DNA of 63,547 nt, filler included, from Nemertoderma westbladi (GCA_032718475.1; 4 parts of 4 records of this genome joined end to end with filler, not necessarily neighbours in it), one strand, 5' to 3'. Positions 11,782 to 25,290 are shown, numbered from the whole stretch's first letter. The notes: generated by a model not told the origin, from the letters alone. Made by a program: numbers and translations.

Positions 11782-13151
11782 ACAGTCTGACAGTAGCTAC
11801 AAAGTTTAGTATACAGTAAAGTATATATAAATAAAAAATATATTTTAGTACCATTAACAACAACAATAATGTGAGCCATAGGCCGCTTCCATACTGTACT
11901 GAACAGAATACATTTCGTTTTACATTTATGTGGGTTGATGTTGATACTAATGCGTAACTTAAATTCCCTATAAAACTTTGCACAAATGTCAACCATAAAA
12001 TGTAACCCTAAAATAGATACAGTAAAATTATGTCATCTGCATTAGCTAGGCACCCAAAATAATGCTTACCACCTATGTGACAACCAACTTTAGAGTTTTC
12101 TGAGTCGTAATATAAGAATATTATATATATATATATATATAAGCTTTCCCACTATTAGGGCCACCTTTTAAAGGTCCAATGGCCCTTAAATGGCCTTGGG
12201 CTTGGAGCAGTGGCCCTAATCCTACTACGATGGCCCAAAAGGTACACGTCCTCTTAGGGCAAATATGGCCCACCTAGAACAAAATGGCCCAATCTAGGCA
12301 TAATGGCCCAAAATAAACAATTACAAGGAAATTGCCTTTAGTTCTTATGAATTTAACTTGCACCCCTAGCGGTAAACAATAGTATTTATTATCAATTTAA
12401 TTCTACAGCCAAAAATACCTTTGCAGATATTTAAAAAAATATATATATCTACAATAACGCATACAATTCACTTTTGTGTAATTTCTGATTATGGGTTGTA
12501 TAATAAGTAGTTTTTAGACGATTTTAAGTCTTTCGTTATAGATAATTATTATCACTTATGACCCGACAGTCAAAAACGCGGATGTGATTTCTCGAATTAA
12601 TGGCGCAAAGTGACCGGAAACACAAAATATGTGTTTTTTAGATGATTTAAAAAGTTAATTTATTTAAATTTCAAACATTAGTGGCGGTGTTTTCTACCCA
12701 AAACAATAAACAATACCTTTTCACAAATGGTCAATTTGCGCCACTATTTGGATGTCTCAGCCGTTTGAAGATCGAAACTTGTGCAAACAAAATATGTTAA
12801 ATTGTAAATAACAATACTGTAAATAACAACAGGTTTTAATAAATTCTCACTGACAAGCGATTAAAATTTGTGCTTTTTTAAGAAATAATGTATGACCCTT
12901 CGGTACCTCTAGGAAGGATAACTTATCACTATTTCGCGTACTATACACTTCATTATTAACATTTTGTCATTGGTGGGGGATTAGTTTATATTTATCTTAC
13001 GACCCCTACGAATTCCATCCCCTACCAGTAATTAATATATTGGAGACATAAATGTAGACGTTTTGCCTCTTACCCTAATGTAACAATTATCTATAGGCCT
13101 ATTGAATATAATGTGAATTTTATCCCGTATTAATTAAATCTAATAACTATT

Positions 13152-13883
13152 TACATCATTGTGTGCAAAGTAGCACTTTGCAGCGTTATGACCCGAGTTT
13201 ATTTATGTACCGAGCGAGCGCAGCGAGGGAGGTTTACATCAATAAACAAGGGTCTTTAACGCTGAAAAGTGACCTTTGCAAGCAATGATGTATGTAATTT
13301 TGTTACATTATGTCAACTTATCAGCGTTCGGTTTGTGAAGAAAGGATTTTATGGTTGCTCATTTATACATTTTAATCATGTACTGTACTATATCGAATAT
13401 AAGTGAAATTTATTAACAGGTACACTGGTACACAGTATTAATTATACATTTAAATCTAATTAAAGTTTATTGGAAGTTATCTCCTGCATGGATGTGATAA
13501 ATCATTAATCCATCTTGACTATAGTCGACTGAAGCAAACTTATTCACCGTCTGTGTCCGTACAGTTTTACTGAACACTGTCGTCACTTTCTTTGGTTAAT
13601 TTAGTGTCTTCTATTGGACGTTTCGCCATAATGGATTACAGTACATGTTAAACAATTATTTACATCCAGTAGCTAGTCCCGTCACTGCAAATTGGATAAT
13701 AAAGCTGCAATCATTAACATAAATGGAAATAATACATTCTGGAATACAGTAATTGAAGTTGTTTCCATGTCATTGATTACTTTGCAACGTTCCGTCCTAT
13801 AGGCCGCAACGCTGCAAAGTAGTACTTTGCAGCGTTATGAGTAATTCACCAGAACGCTGTTAAGTTGACATAATGTAACAAAA
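13152..13883. mobile_element. Non-autonomous element with a 140-bp palindrome plus a second inverted-repeat pair
   Basis: 13152-13292 palindrome with GAGCGAGCGCAGCGAG loop; 13298-13329 inverted to 13851-13883. Confidence 0.6.
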
Positions 13884-13924
13884 TATATTGTAACAAACAT
13901 TTTATTTTTTTTATTTTTAGATAA

Positions 13925-14360
13925 TCTAAATAATATTTGTCATTTGGGTGGCTCCAAGGGGACATTGTCTTGTAAGAACCATTATATTTTTTAGTGGCCC
14001 TTTATGAACAGTGACTAATTAAGGCCATTTCGAACTTTTGGCTCAAATGGAACATGGTCTTGCATGGGCCATTGCCTTTTCAAAGGCGTTTGATAAAAAT
14101 TGGCTAATATCGGGCCACATTATAGTTGAGTGGCTCCAAGCGACACTATCCAATATGGGCCATTTCAGATTTGATGGCTTTAAGGGAAAATTGCCTAATA
14201 TATATGAAATATATTTCATATTTAAGTGGCTCTAATGGACAATGTCTTGTAAGAGCCATTTCATTTTTTGGTGGCCCTTTATGAACAGTGTCCAATAGAG
14301 GTCATTTTGAATTTTAGTGGCTCCAATGGAATATTGTATTGCATGGGACAATCCTTTTTA
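13925..14360. repeat. Diverged tandem duplication (~280 bp period), probably subterminal repeats of a DNA transposon
   Basis: GTGGCTC...TGTCTTGTAAGA.CCATT...GTGGCCCTTTATGAACAGTG occurs twice. Confidence 0.6.
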
Positions 14361-14699
14361 AAGGTTTTTATAAATATATTCAAATTAAATTAAACAGTAT
14401 TAGATAAAGCGGTTTTTTTGTGAGAGAAATCCAGAAGTCCAATTTTTTCTTTTGAAAAATAGCTTTTATCATGAGGTTTTTATTCTAGAACATTTGACAT
14501 TTTGACAGTAAGATTGTAGCTAGAAATTTTGATTTTGTGTTAGCTAATACTTTTTATTAGCTAGTGAAACAATAAAAATTTTAAATTTAAAAAAAAATTT
14601 CTTGTTGAAATTACTTTAATCATTGCTTTTATTATTTATTAGCTACCATAAATTTTACTAGATATCATGATAATTTAATTGAAAAATTTCAAAAATTTT

Positions 14700-16248
14700 A
14701 AGACCGCGTTTACACTACCGAGTCAAAGTCAAGACAAATACCGGGGGGGGGGGGGGGGTCATATTTACCCTCCCCTCTAAAATCTACAAATATTAACGAA
14801 AACGTCTGAATTTACTGGGGTGGTAATATTGCAGCACCAAAATTACAAGTAGTGCACAATTTTCACAAAATTTGAAAGTTACATTTTTCGGCTAATTGTT
14901 TTTCAATATAGGTTTTCTGGGGCGCAAAATACATTGGAAAATATTTAAAAATGATATGATTACCATAAATGGCTGTTTAGTCCTCTCTGCGTAGGAAAAA
15001 AATGAAAGAACAAGTAACCAGCACTTTTCAGTTAGAACACAACATTTTTAATTCACTTATATGATGCTATAAATTCACATTTTCAGGTTTTCTAGGGCGC
15101 TGATTCTAATGGAATATATTTCAAATATGCCAGATCATTGCTACTTGTATTTTTCGGCGTAATTTGACAAATTTTGGTGCTAGCACCAAATTTCGTACCC
15201 ATCACCAAAAAGTACAACTTTGCGATGTCCAGTACTGTTTTTATTGATTCCATCGGATTCAGGACCCTCATAAACCCGTATAACGCAAGAAACAAGATGA
15301 TACTATCTACTGATCAATTTACTCATTTTCCAAAATTTGGTGCTGGCACAACAATTTTCACCCACCGGCGAAAAATACAAGTTTGAAAACTCTTATGAAA
15401 TTTTTACTGTTTCCATTGAATTCAGAACCCTAACAAACCCGTATAACGCAAGAAACAAGATGGCACAATCAATTGATATATTTGATGGTTTTCAAAATTT
15501 GGTGCTAGCACCACATTTTGCACCCACTTCCGAAAAATACAAGTTTGAGATGTCTAGTTCGATAATTATATATTCCATTGAATTCAGAACAGCCATAAAC
15601 CTCTAAAATGCAAGAAATAAATTGTCACAAGCAATTTTATCTATTGAATGGATTTTCAAAATTTCGTGCTAGCACCAAAATTTGCACACAGCACTGAAAA
15701 ATACAAGTTTGATACGCTTGGTGCAACTCGTATATATTTCATCGAAACCAGAACCCCAAAAAACCCCAATTGCGTAAAATACAAGTTTCAAACAATCAAT
15801 TTACAAAATTGACATATTTCAAAATTTGGTGCTGGCACCAAAATTTGGCACCCGCCGAAAAAAAACAAGTTTGAAATTTCTAAATCAATTTATATGAATT
15901 CCATCCAATTGCTAAGACCAAAAAACCGGTGTAAATAAAAAATAGAGATGTTACAATTCATATTTAATGAAATGTAATTTTCAAAAAACGTCTCAAAAAA
16001 AGTGCCAAAAATAGGGTTAAAAAATGGTGCTATAACTCGAAAACTACCCAATATTTTTGAAAACGGTTTTCACTCCTAGGAATACAATAGATTTTTAGGA
16101 AAAGTCATAAAATTTCAGATTCCCAACTGCGTTTGTTTCAGAATTATAATAAAAAAACCACGGGGGGGGGGGGTCATATTGGCCCCTTCCCCCCCAGGTT
16201 TAATAGGGTTAACTTTGACTTTGACTCGGTAGTGTGAACGCGACCTAA
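14700..16248. mobile_element. Short Harbinger-like inverted-repeat element split by a piggyBac-like MITE with ~165-bp internal repeats
   Basis: CGCGTTTACACTACCGAGTCAAAGTCAA near 14705 is inverted at 16217-16244; the inner element ends AATAGGG-TTAA near 16210; GGTGCTAGCACC units 15170-15850. Confidence 0.65.
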
Positions 16249-17647
16249 AAAGTTATTTTATTCATTTTATATACGTATTATATCCATCCCGTTCTTTTTA
16301 AATACTAACCAGGCCTTTGTCTAAAAAAATATTTGTTCTAGAACATTAATTTTTTCAAAATAAAATGGCTAAATTTCAAAAAAAATAAATTATCAAAAAC
16401 TAGCTAGTAAATATTTAATTTGGTGAGAGGTGTATGCATACTGAACCAGTACCCGCTATTTTACGGTCAAAATAGCCAAGTTGCTATAAAAGTTTCCGGC
16501 CACTTTGCTGGTGAAGTTGCTGGTAAAGTTGCCACGTGTAAACAATAAACAGCGATTAAATTAAATTGCTCCAAACACATTGCTAGTTGCCGAGAAAGTT
16601 GCTCTAAAAGTTGCCACGTGTAAACAGGCCTTTAGGACAGGGGGCATTGTTTTGTAGGGGCCATATCCTTTTTAATGGCCTTTTAAGTACATGGTCTAAA
16701 GTAGGCCATTTTGCTGCTATTAAAATTCAATAAAATGTCCACTTTCAGTGAGAAATAGTAAATAAATTCAGAAAATAAAAAAAGTTAATGAAAATATAAA
16801 TCGTAAGATCGATATTATGAAATGTAAGCAAATAAGACAATACCGATGGATCGTAATATTGTTATTTTCGCAGACTACATATTAAATTTAGAAATGAAGC
16901 GACATATTAAACACCTTTAACTAAGAATTATATTTTGTCATGAAATCGGCTATTTCTCCGCCGATTTTTGCTGGAATGATTTGAAATTTGTTCAGAAATG
17001 TTGACACTTGTTCAGAATACCATTTGCACAAAAAGGCACTTTTGGCCACAGCAGAGTGCCATTTTGTGGCCTATTTTATTAATTATTTGGTTTGGCCATT
17101 TTTAAACACACCAGATGATAATTAGTACCACAAAAAATAACTTTCAAATATAGTTTAAGATTTCAAAATGTTTCAGATTTAGTCATTAAAAACGTATGTT
17201 AATTCTAGGAAAATTTAAGGGATTTGAATATTGAGTATTTCTGTGAATACAGACTCAGACACACACGGGCACGATGTTACTCCCCCCGATGTTACTTCCC
17301 AGTCCCACCGTTGTTAACAACAGTTATTGTATCATATAATAAAAAATATAGGTCTACATCCACTGAAGTGCCCATCGTGAAGTGAAATCCCAAGTGAAGT
17401 GCGATATCAAGATTTCCTTAGAATATGCCCTGAATTAGAAATACAGAGATATGAAATGGCCCTAAAACCTAAAACAAATATATTAAATGGCCTTCCCAGG
17501 AAAATACACCCATGTTAGATTGAGTTCATAATCTACAGTTAATTACTTTAAATTTATTAACAGTGGCCCCTTTATAATATCAAAATATAAAATATGGCCC
17601 TAAATTCATAAATTAATTTTATTGATGTCTATTGGCAGAAATAGACT

Positions 17648-17747
17648 NNNNNNNNNNNNNNNNNNNNNNNNNNNNNNNNNNNNNNNNNNNNTTAATTAAT
17701 TAANNNNNNNNNNNNNNNNNNNNNNNNNNNNNNNNNNNNNNNNNNNN
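17648..17747. other. Assembly linker (N + TTAATTAATTAA + N)
   Basis: Identical 100-nt construct occurs three times. Confidence 0.97.
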
Positions 17748-18057
17748 TAAATCAGTACTGCAGTAAGGGTACCGGTAGTGAGGAATGTATATAAGTATAG
17801 TTATGTAGTGTCCAGTATGCTAATTTACATCCAGAAACCTCCCCCTACCGTAAAATCAAACATTATATTATTCAACAGTATATGGTGCAAAAAAACGAAT
17901 AGTTCACCGACCCATATACCCATCACCTTTAATCCACCGAATTGTAAATGGAGAAAAAAAAAAAAAATTACTTATTAATAAGGTAATACAGAAAAAAATG
18001 ATTGACAGATAAGAATAAGAATAGCGATGTCAAGACATTCGAGAGTATTCATCAACA

Positions 18058-18930
18058 TCAGCTTCCTTTGTCGTTTGACTCGTCGATCAGAATGGAAAAC
18101 GCCGATCCGGAAGTTTTCTGGGGGGTAACGTAGCAATCACCTGCGTGTTGCGATATAGTAGTACGCAGGGATGGTGGCGTACTGGTGGACAATGACTTCC
18201 GTACCGGGACAGAGGACCAGGGGGGCGACGGTGGATCGGACGGTGAATGGTTTGGGGCCGATTTGTCAGCGCCCTCTAGCGTACTTACTTGGTAGATATC
18301 TTCCATTGTTCGGATCGATATGGATGGCGAGTTTAACGCCATACGAATGTTGACAACGCCTTTGTAGGAGTAAGCTGCGTATACAACTCAACTCTTCTTA
18401 AGTACAGTAGCCTCGCCGCAGCAACTAGCTCGCAAAGGGGATAAGTGGTCAGTAAAGTAAACGCCTTTAGGGGGACACGCCTTTAGGTAGATTTAGGAGG
18501 TTATAGAATGCATTGTTACGGGCAGATTGACCCATAAATCGGACTATTATGGGTCTGCGTTTATTATCACGCACTTTCCCGATACGATGAAACACGTCGA
18601 CCTGGTCCGTGAGGAACTTTTAGAAGAGTAAATAGTTCGTTAACTTTCTTTTGGTCTGCTGCTAGGTCAACCTCTTCGATCCCATGAAGAATAAGGTTTT
18701 GTTTCCGCATATAATGTTGGAGAGAATCATTTTCGAGTGATAGATATTTCACTTCTCGTTTAAGGGAAGCCGATTCTTCCTGCAGAGCAGTTAAGGTTGG
18801 CTCCACCTTGGAATATTGCAATGCGTTAACGTCTTGAGCGATTTAATATCTTCACAAATTGTGGTTAACATTAACTCAAATCTGTCGATTTTCACGCACA
18901 GATCCGCGACCGTAGGCTTTGGGGCCATTG
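18058..18930 (-). pseudogene. LINE ORF1 remnant (coiled coil + L1-type RRM)
   Basis: MAPKPTVADL...; LKREVKYLSLENDSLQHYMRKQNLILHGIEE; frameshifted. Confidence 0.7.
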
Positions 18931-19099
18931 CAGCATCAGTTAGAGAGAAGATATCCGTCGAGATGTCTGAGTGAAGGAATGCTGTATTCTGTATAAGACA
19001 GGTAGGACTGTAGCGGTACCGGTACCAAAGAAAAATCACACACACATAGTTAGTTCAGTACTCTTAGTTCAGTAATCCAATATATTTAAAAGGTCCAGC

Positions 19100-19600
19100 C
19101 GATTATCATTTTCTGAGAAGGTTTCCGTGAAGGCCAAGAAGTCAAACTTATTATTAAGTTACACTAGATAAATTACGTTGGAGGCTGCGGCAATTTATGT
19201 GAAAGAGAGATGGATAAGAATTGCAGACATTTTTGAAATTACTATTAATTAAACAAACTCTGGTTAGTATCCTCCAGGCACACTATAATCTACAAGACTG
19301 GAATGAGGGTCTACATTGTCAAACATAAGGGGGTCCGAGGTTGGGGCGCTTACAAAATTATCATCATTTTGAAAAATATCGTCGTCATTGTTTGGAACAT
19401 CAAAAAAAGGGAAGAGCTCTTTGGGACAATATACAGTAAAAATCAATAGAAGGGTAGCGCTGATGATGATTGTGAAGTCTACGAGGTTTTAGACATGTTC
19501 CGCACTGATAGTGGTACTCATCAAGCCCGCATTTATCGCAAGAAAATGAGTTGGAGGGATCACTCAGAGACACGTAGCAAAGGTCGCAGGATCTGGTCAT
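19100..19600 (-). pseudogene. CR1-like ORF fragment: PHD-like finger + start of APE endonuclease
   Basis: CDLC...CDKC...YHYQC; FDNVDPH; then SLFHINCRSL...FDFLAFTET. Confidence 0.65.
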
Positions 19601-19654
19601 TAGAGAGAGAGAGCAGGGGGCAGGATGGCTAGGTGTGTCGGATATCGGAACAAC

Positions 19655-20087
19655 TGTAACCCCGGGGAGTAGAAACTTAATATTACTAGTTCTAAAACAA
19701 AAGTTATTTAGCTAAGTGAAGTAAGTAAAGCTCTGTAAAGTGAGGCTGAGGGAATAATTATACTTTCCTAAAGAATGTAAAACCATGATGTTCCATAACC
19801 CTCTGTTGTAATTAGTATAAGTCATAACTCTATCTGATATTTAAAGCGCAGCATCTAAAGGAACTGTTGATATTGCCCTGAAAGTAAGCATCGTTTTTGG
19901 AGATTATATAGTAGAAATCAATCGAGACTACCCCACTCTCGGCCATAGAATTCAGTCTCCCACACGCAGTGGGTCATACGCCGCGCTAGACTGGCTTCTT
20001 CTGTGTTCATATTTTGTATGGGCTGTCAGACAATATAAGACATGTAAATTAACAGGTTAAACTGTTAAAGGTCTAAAAGCGCGAACA
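19655..20087 (+). mobile_element. Divergent LTR-like copy related to 4960-5470
   Basis: Shared collinear blocks GTTATTTAGC, TTTCCTAAAGAAT, TTAGTATAAGTC, CTAAAGGAACTGTT, GAATTCAGTCTCCC, CAGGTTAAACTG, AAAGCGCGAACA; left end uncertain. Confidence 0.7.
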
Positions 20088-20112
20088 ACCCTGTATATAC
20101 ACTTTCCACAAC

Positions 20113-21020
20113 TACTCCTACTAGGATCGGCATGCTGCATTGCAGCTGCATTTTTAAGAATGCTGTGCCGGCTTGTCAACAAAATTGCGCCACCACAACT
20201 CCCTATCACCTATGACATTTGCTAGATCATCCGCATCTTCAAGGCCAGTGTTCTTTAAGATGCGTCTCAAGAAAGTCATGCGCTGTCCACCATGCTTATT
20301 CACTCCATGAGGCTGCCAAAGTACAAGATTATGCACTGGCTGGTCCTTACGGCGAAAGCAATGTCCTGCAAAGTGGAGGCGATTATGTTCTAGTGCCAAG
20401 CTTGGGGGAACCAATGAGACACCTCCAATGTTATACAGTGTCTTGTTGGAGATGTGTGCATTGTACTTGACACAATGAACCCGGCGTAACATTCTTGTGA
20501 ATGTGCCATCCAGAGATTTGGTGTCCTCAGCAGTTAGAGCCCAGCATGGACTCCCATAGAGGAGTACTGGAACTACTGCTGTTCTAAATAATCGGACCTT
20601 AAGTTTCCGATTAATTCTCGGTGACTTCCAAATCCTGGAAAGCCTACTCAAGGCTGCCCATGCCTATCCCTTACGTATTCGAAGGTCCTCACCTGAATTC
20701 CGGATCCATGATCCCAGATAACAGAAGTCGTCCACCTGCTCAACCATACTATCCTTTGAGCTTATGCTCATCCGATCAGAGACTTGCTGAGGACTTTCAA
20801 AGTTAACTGTTAAAATTTTGGTCTTTCTGGAGTTAATAAAATGACCAACACTAGAAGCAGCCTGTTCTAATGAGATGAGGAGCCGTTGGGCTCCCTCTAG
20901 TGATTCTAAGAGTAGCAGTCATCAGCAAAGTCTAGATCAGTTAGGTACTTGGCAGGATTTCCTAGACTTCTGGTGCCAGTAGGTAGAGTTATCATCACCC
21001 CATCATCGTTATGCGACCCA
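20113..21020 (-). mobile_element. RTE-clade LINE family B, 5'-truncated, with (TAG)n tail
   Basis: IWKSPRINRKLKVRLF...VLLYG...FAGHC; near-identical to 22040-22976 and 61815-62590. Confidence 0.9.
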
Positions 21021-21039
21021 TCATCCCATCAACACACTT

Positions 21040-21646
21040 CCCACTGTGGCGCGGAAGAACATAGTCTTCAGGTACCTGGAGAGATCTGATTTCCAGATGG
21101 TATCCATTTTTGATAGAGCTACACAAGCCTTTACGTTCCTAACTTATATGTCCATTTTGCTACTCTCTATCCGTGATTCAAGGTACTGGAAGTCGTCGAC
21201 CTTCCTTAGTTGATTATTATCAATGGTTGTTAAGTTTCCTTCAAAATTAAATGTCATGAATTCGGTCTTGGTAACATTTATATGCAATCCAACTTCCTTA
21301 GCAGCCCTCTCCACTTTATTTAGTAGAAGCTGTGCATCTGCTAGCGTATTAGAGAGCAGGGCGATGTCATCCGCAAATCGGTGTCTGTGACTGTAGTTGC
21401 CAGATAGGCGTTCTTGAAGTGTGAATCCAAGATCTTCACCCTTTGTGGCCGTCCTCATTGCGTAATACAGTACAATTACAAATAGTAATGGTGCTAATGT
21501 GTCACCTTGCAGTATGTCAACCAGGATTGAGAAAAACGCAGTTTCATCATCTGGTAAGAGTACCTGTGCTTCTGTGTCACAATATAACAATCCAATGCCA
21601 GCAACAATTACTTCTGGTATTCCATAAGCTCTTGGGATTTCAAAGC
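21040..21646 (-). mobile_element. RTE-clade LINE family A, RT part
   Basis: ILQGDTLAPLLF, FADDIAL; matches 39525-40140. Confidence 0.9.
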
Positions 21647-22976
21647 ACAAAGATACAATAGAATTCTATTAAATCGCATCAGGGATCCCATTGAGAGACT
21701 GCTCCGTGGAAATCAGAATGGGTTCCATAAAGGTCGTGGGTCCATGGAGCCCATTTTGGCACTTAGAAGGATAATTAAAGAGTTATCAAAAAAGAAAGAC
21801 AGGCATCTGGCTGTTATCTTTGTTGACTTATTCAAGGCCTTTGATTCAGTCTCTCGCTCACGTATGTTCAGCATACTTTCATTATGTGGGATTCCTGATG
21901 AAATTATTGCAGCAATCACATCAGTATACGATGGTTCGACAACATTTGTGTCTACTGTTGACGGTGACACAGAACCATATGAAGTGCTTTGGGGCGTCCT
22001 CCAGGGAAACCACTTGCACCATTCTTGTTCATAATTGTGGTTGACTATGTTCTATGCATGTCCTTAGATCATCATAATGATGATGGGGTGATGATATCTC
22101 CACCTACTGGCTCCAGAAGTCGAGGAAATCCTGCCAAGTACCTAACGATGCTTTGCTGATGACTTAGGAGTACTCTCAGAATCACAAGAGGGAGCCCAAA
22201 AGCTCCTCAGCTCATTAGAACAGGCTACTTCTAGTGTTGGTCTTTTTATTAACTCCAGAAAGACCAACATTTTGACAGTTAACTTTGATAGTCCTCAGCA
22301 AGTCTCTGACCGAATGAGCATAAGCTCAAAGGATGGTATTCTTGAGCATGTGGACGACTTATGTTACCTGGGATCATGGATCCGAAATTCAGGTGAGGAC
22401 ATTCGAATACATAACGGAAAGGCATGGGAAGCCTTGAATAGGCTTTCCAGGGTTTGGAAGTCACCGAGAATTAATCGGAAACTTAAAGTCCGATTATTTA
22501 GAGCAGCAGTAGATCCAGTACTCCTCTAGGGGAGTCCATGCTGGGCTCTAACTGCTGAAGACACTAAATCTATGGATGGCAAATTCACAAGAAAGCTACG
22601 CCGGATTCATTGTGTGAAGTACAATGCACACATCTCCAACCAGACACTATATACCATTGGAGGTGTCTCATTGGATCCCCCAAGCTTGACACTAGAACAA
22701 AATCGCCTCTGCTTTGCAGGACATGGCTTTCGCCGTGAGGACTAGCCAGTGCATAATCTTGCACTTTGGCAGCCTCATGGAGTAAATAAGCATGGTGGAC
22801 AGCCCATGGCTTTCTTGAGACGCATCTTAAAGGACACTGGCCTTGAAGATGCGGATGATCTATCAAATGTCATGGGTGATAGGGAGTTGCGGTGGCGCAA
22901 TTTTCTCGACAAGCCGGCACAGCTTTCTTAAAAATGCAGCTGCAATGCAGCATGCCAATCCTAGTAGTAGTAGTAG
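21647..22976 (+). mobile_element. RTE family B copy inserted into family A
   Basis: FVDLFKAFDSV, GVLQG, YLGSWI; (TAG)n tail; flanked by diverged target duplication TGGGATTTCAAAGCA / TAGGATTACAAGCA. Confidence 0.9.
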
Positions 22977-24285
22977 GATTACAAGCATTTTACCACTATA
23001 GATGGAGTCGAATGCCTTCTTGAAGTCCACTAAAGTCATGACTGCGGGGAGATTATTTGGCTTAATTCCTCAATCCTTCATTGCAAGTATCTGAGCTATT
23101 GTTGATCTATTTGCTCGAAATCCGTTTTGGCTCTTACGCAATAGTTTCTCTATGTGAGGCCTAATCCTATATAGAATCATTTTATTATATATTTTTGCAG
23201 CTACCACAAGCACACAGATCCCACGATAGTTTGTTGGTATACCGAGGTCTCCTTTCTTGGGGAGAGGCTTTAGTTGACCTTTAGTCCCAATTGGTGGTGG
23301 CTTTTCCCCTTTTAACATCTGGTTGCAAAAATTCAATAATGGTCTGTTTAGCACTCCTGTTTTCCATACCGTACTGGGATTTCATCTAATCCACACGCTT
23401 TATTACTGGACATGCTTTTAATGCTTCTTTAAAGTTCGGCAGGTGTGATGTCCCCTGTTTCTATAGGTAGTGTCTTGTCATATATTTTCCTTGTAAGGTT
23501 GACCTCGATGTTTGGTGGCTGCCCAAGCAAGTTGCTGAAGTGATTTTTCCACTTCCCAACACGTTCTTCAGGACTATCGGCTTTGAGGCGCCCCTTTGCA
23601 CAACTTTTCCAACCAGATACCTAATTCACAGTTTGCCAGGTAAGTCTTGATTCTTGCTGTATGTGAGCAGTTGTAATTGCTTCAATTTTATCCTGTATGT
23701 ATTTTTCCCCTACTGATGGTATAGGCCAATTTAAGATCGTCCTAAGCTTTCTCAACCTTATTGTTAATGTTTTCGGTTGTTGGTTGTTCGGTTTTTACTT
23801 TGTAGGCTATCTTAAGATCTTCTCTCTTACAAGTAACCTCAGAGTTTTGCCATGGCACATACTGTTTTCGATTGGGTTTTTGGGGGATATGCCTCTTAGC
23901 TGATTCCTTGCGGGCTTTTATTATATTCTGGTATATTGAAACGGTGGATTGGTCTTCATCCATTATTGACTGAAGTGCTTCAAAGCGGTTTTGAACTTCT
24001 ACCGTGTAAGCATCCTTTACTGCATTGTCAGTTCTGAGTTTCTCCCCGTCATAATTGATTTGCTTGCTTGTCCTGGGTTTGCTGGCTCTCAAACTGGGTC
24101 TGATCTCTGCAGTCACAATTCTGTGGTCCGAACCAATTAGGTTGAACAAGCTCTATGCCTCGCAATTGATCATGCTGTTTCTCCACTTTTTGATTTTAAG
24201 GATGTAATCCAGTTGTGCTTTGGTTCCATTAGGGTATTACAAGGTCCATAGCTTCCCCTTACTCTTTACGAATGTGTTGTTTGCT
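22977..24285 (-). mobile_element. RTE family A, endonuclease C-terminus to RT N-terminus
   Basis: QLDYIL, SDHRIV, PKKGDL..NYRGI, SQNGFR; collinear with 38255-39530. Confidence 0.9.
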
Positions 24286-24298
24286 GCCTACTGCCAAC

Positions 24299-25290
24299 TG
24301 TAGGGGTCCTTTTGTTACACCCTGAATCAAGTGTGCCTCCTGGGTTAATATTATGCTTTGATAGCTGGCTCTGGTAGGTTTTTCAGTAGGTACCTCACTT
24401 TTGGTTTAACAAAATTAGGGGGTGGCATTTCAAATCTCAAGTTTTTCAAAAATGCACCACCAAATTTGACTAATTATATGGTTGGGAATTTACAGCAATT
24501 CTACACTAAAGGGGAACCTTTTCGAACCACAACCCCCCCCCCCCCCCCCCCCCCCCAAGCCCAAGGGTTTAAAAAGTTAAAGCAATCATGCAATAAACTA
24601 GCCTGACTTCATAATCACTGCAGCTAAAAAATAAGCAACGCACAAACCTTTTAAATGACCAACAAACCTATAAAAAACACAGCTGTCTTACCTTTAAAAC
24701 AAAAGGCAATGGGATATACATAATAGTTTATACTCAAAGGTAACTAACAAGGTAACTTTACAGATAGTCTTACAGAAAGACAAGTCTTATCTTAATCATC
24801 TAATTCAGTATCTCCAACAAACAATGATAAATCCAGTAGTCCAAAGCAGGGGTTGTACAATATCTACAATGAAATCCCAGCACAGGAATGGAATGGAATC
24901 GGAATCGCACTAGAACATTCCACAACATTCCATGAACTCGCATTGGCCCAATAAATTCTTTAACACATACCATTGGCCCCAGCTAATCAGTTCTATTTGT
25001 TGTACGCACGTAATTGGCTCAGCTATTTTTAACGAAATCGAAATAAAGGTATACAAAAAATACAAATTTACCGAATGAGATTCGAAACCTTGACCTAATA
25101 TACGCACGACCTATGCGCTAACCTTCCGGACCACTGGACCAGGTGATGTACGAGTGCCAAAATATATTAGATATCGTAAATATGCAGTTTTAAGCTAAAT
25201 CGTAGAATCGAGGCAAATATATCGAAATTTTTAAAGTTTTTTATGTAGGACTAATGTACAAATAGCTATCTAAAGTGAGATATTTCCACA
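24299..25290 (-). mobile_element. Putative 3' LTR of the zinc-knuckle copy-B element
   Basis: Minus strand TTTTCATGGAGCGG-TGT at 25290 matches the junction at 4201-4217; distal end uncertain. Confidence 0.45.
25069..25141 (-). other. tRNA-derived Pol III A/B-box sequence (degenerate tRNA or SINE head)
   Basis: TGGTCCGGAAGGTTAGCGC...GGTTTCGAATCTC; acceptor stem poor. Confidence 0.5.

Noticed and set aside
17648-17747. TTAATTAATTAA palindrome within Ns (also at 41876 and 57330)
   Set aside because: Artificial linker; adjacency across it is not biological evidence
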